A stretch of DNA of 64,000 nucleotides from Balanoglossus misakiensis (taxonomy: Eukaryota > Animalia > Hemichordata), in NCBI GenBank assembly GCA_040954595.2, contig CM082587.2:11599403-11663402 (forward strand). Reading direction: 5' to 3'. Below, one piece after another: positions 61,601 to 64,000 of the stretch; position 1 is the stretch's first letter, and the number at the start of each line of letters is the position of its first letter. The notes under the pieces are model-generated. The model did not search any database, had not been told where the DNA came from, and saw nothing but the letters and a program-made list of their open reading frames with translations. The position numbers were made by a program, and so were the translations under genes.

Positions 61601-64000
61601 TTTCCTACGGCCTGGTTTAGCTGAAGCCCCGGCACTTTAGAGCGGAAACACGCGTACATTGACCACGTTGATCAAGTCAGATTTCCTTCGGCGTGACTCG
61701 GCTGGTGCACCGGCTCTATATGACACAGACTGGCGTAAGTTATCAACGGTGATTACGTCGGATTTCCTACGGCCTGGTTTAGCTGAAGCCCCGGCACTTT
61801 AGAGCGGAAACACGCGTACATTGACCACGATGATCAAGTCAGATCTCCTACGGCCTGGCTCGACTAAAACCCCGGCACACCATGACAGACACTAGCGTTC
61901 GTTAGCAACGGTGATCAAGTCGGATTTCCTTCGGCCTGGCTCTGCAAAAGACCCGACACTCTAGTACAAAGACGTTGGCTAAGTCGGGCAAACCGAAGAG
62001 GGAAAGTCACAGCGGGTCAACACTCGACATTTGGTCGGGTAGGACTGCATTATTGCCTGTCAATTTATAGAGAAAGCCCGAATTTAACCAGGGCGTTCCA
62101 AACACCGACGTTAGTTGGGGGCACGGCCTGCAGTACTGCCGGGTAAGCTGACATCGGCGTACCGCATATAATGTAAGGGGGGGGGGACAGAACGGTTCAA
62201 TACTACATTTATTAGATATCAGCTAATTTTGGACAATCATCTAAAATCTAAATCATTTTTTCATATTTGGATATCTGATGATGTATGAAATTTCCATTAT
62301 ATGTAAAAATGGTGCTTATTATAAAACATGCACTCTGAATGAACTGATTTAATACAAGATTGCGTTTTATTCGTTTTTGCACCAAAAAGGTCATTTTTAG
62401 GCAAAACATTCTTTATATTTTTAATTCGGTGAACTGATCATATATAAACAATTGCTTGTATGTTAAAAGTTTTTATGACTTTTAAAAGCAGTGACACTGG
62501 CGGCATTCATCACGAAAATAACAATTTTAGCCACAATTTGGTCAAAATGGTAAATTTTTGAAAATTACAAAAAATACCTGTTTTCTACATTTTCGGAAAT
62601 CTGATGGAGTATAGAATGCTCTTCGTATGTATATATCGATACAAATTCCACAAAAGACCGTCTAATTTGGCTCACTGCAGACAAAATTGCGTTTTACCAA
62701 ATTTTCCTTGAAAATGTCATTTTTAGAAAAAAAAAATAAAAAAACCTTTGTTCTTCGAATTTGGTGCCCTGATCATATATGACATGTTGATTGTGTGTTA
62801 AAACTCTCGACCACTCCAAAAATGCAGAGATATTGACGGAATTCAAGAAAAATAGCCATTTTGGCCATATTTTGACAAAAATGGTAAATTTTTGAAAAAT
62901 CATAAAAAATTAACTCTTTTCTTCATTTTCGGAAATATTATGGAGCATGAAGTGTCGTTCTCTTGCAAAAAGTGCTGCAAATTCCAGAAAAGGCGGTATA
63001 ATTTGAATCACCCAAGACAAAATTACCATTTTCAACTTTTTTTCGAAAAATTGTCTTTTTTTACAAAATAAATAAGAATAAATTCTTTTCTTAGTTTCAA
63101 ACGGGTAGAGATACTTTCCACACGGGTTTTCTAACATTGAATTCCCGTTCATCAACTCAGATTTCCTACAGCATAAGTCGGCTAAAACCCTGACACTCTA
63201 GAGCAGAAACAGTTGCACACTGGTAACGTTGAACAAGTCGATTTTTCTACGACCTGGCTCGGCTAAATCTCCGTCACAATATGACAGACACTAGCGTACG
63301 TTAGCAACGGTGATCAAGTCAGATTTTCTACGGCATGGCTTGGATAAAGCCCCGGCACTCTAGAGCAGAAACACGCGTACAGAGACCACGTTGATCAAGT
63401 CTGATCTCCTACGGCTTGGCTCGACTAAAACCCCGGCACACTATGACAGACACTAGCGTTCGTTAGCAACTTTGATCAAGTCAGATTTCCTACGGCATGG
63501 CTTAACTAAAGCCCTGGCACTCTAGAGCAGAAACACGCGTACAGAGACCACGTTGATCTTCTCACATTTCCTTCGGCCTGGCACGGCTGATGCCCCGGCA
63601 CTATATATAGGACACAGACTGGCGTAAGTTAACAACGGTAATCACGTCGGGTTTTCTTACGGCCTGGCTCAGCTGAAGCCCCGGCACTCTAGAGCAGAAA
63701 CAGGCGTACATTGACCACGTTGATCAAGTCAGATTTCCTACGGCGTGACTCGGCTGGTGCACCGGCTCTATATGACACATACTGGCGTAAGTTATCAACG
63801 GTGATTACGTCGGATTTCCTACGGCCTGGTTTAGCTGAAGCCCCGGCACTTTAGAGCGGAAACACGCGTACATTGACCACGATGATCAAGTCAGATCTCC
63901 TACGGCCTGGCTCGACTAAAACCCCGGCACACCATGACAGACACTAGCGTTCGTTAGCAACGGTGATCAAGTCGGATTTCCTTCGGCCTGGCTCTGCAAA
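31676..64000 (+). repeat. ~2.05-kb composite macrosatellite array, right part (~16 units, continues beyond the window)
   Basis: Poly-G anchors at about 32134, 34451, 36779, 39112, 41073, 43597, 45488, 47542, 49758, 51812, 54299, 55858, 58073, 60126 and 62177. Confidence 0.98.
53098..53284 (-). mobile_element. 5'-truncated L2/CR1-group LINE 3' end (187 bp)
   Basis: 6-bp TSD agcgtt (53092-53097, 53285-53290). (AAT)n tail. Stem-loop aatgcgct/agcgcatt (53129-53157). The minus strand 53283-53230 encodes NIFKRNLKTYLFTRFYV*, the FKxxLKTxLF C-terminus typical of L2 ORF2. Confidence 0.88.

Overview
Eukaryotic (probably invertebrate metazoan) repeat-dominated DNA with no host genes. (1) 1-6450: a deleted BEL/Pao LTR retrotransposon folded into a large palindrome. 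Arms 1-2775 and 3434-6182 flank a 658-bp spacer, and the 3' LTR (6064-6450) abuts the satellite. (2) 6451-64000: about 25 head-to-tail copies of a ~2.05-kb composite macrosatellite. Each unit has ~11 GC-rich 81-bp subrepeats (alternating as 162-bp dimers), a ~230-bp hairpin-rich segment ending in a G7-G17 tract, and ~6 degenerate ~167-bp AT-rich monomers (~335-bp dimers). (3) A full-length Tx1/L1-group LINE (24876-31675, minus strand, 13-bp TSD) sits in an 81-bp subrepeat. Its ORF1 is split by a 1764-bp non-autonomous Mutator-like element (9-bp TSD, ~27-bp TIRs), and its ORF2 has one frameshift. (4) A 187-bp 5'-truncated L2-like 3' end (53098-53284, 6-bp TSD). Best leads: the inverted-LTR palindromic BEL element, the possibility that the 2-kb unit carries an unknown structured RNA or centromere-type signals and is targeted by a site-preferring Tx1 element, and the quantised subrepeat turnover in the array.
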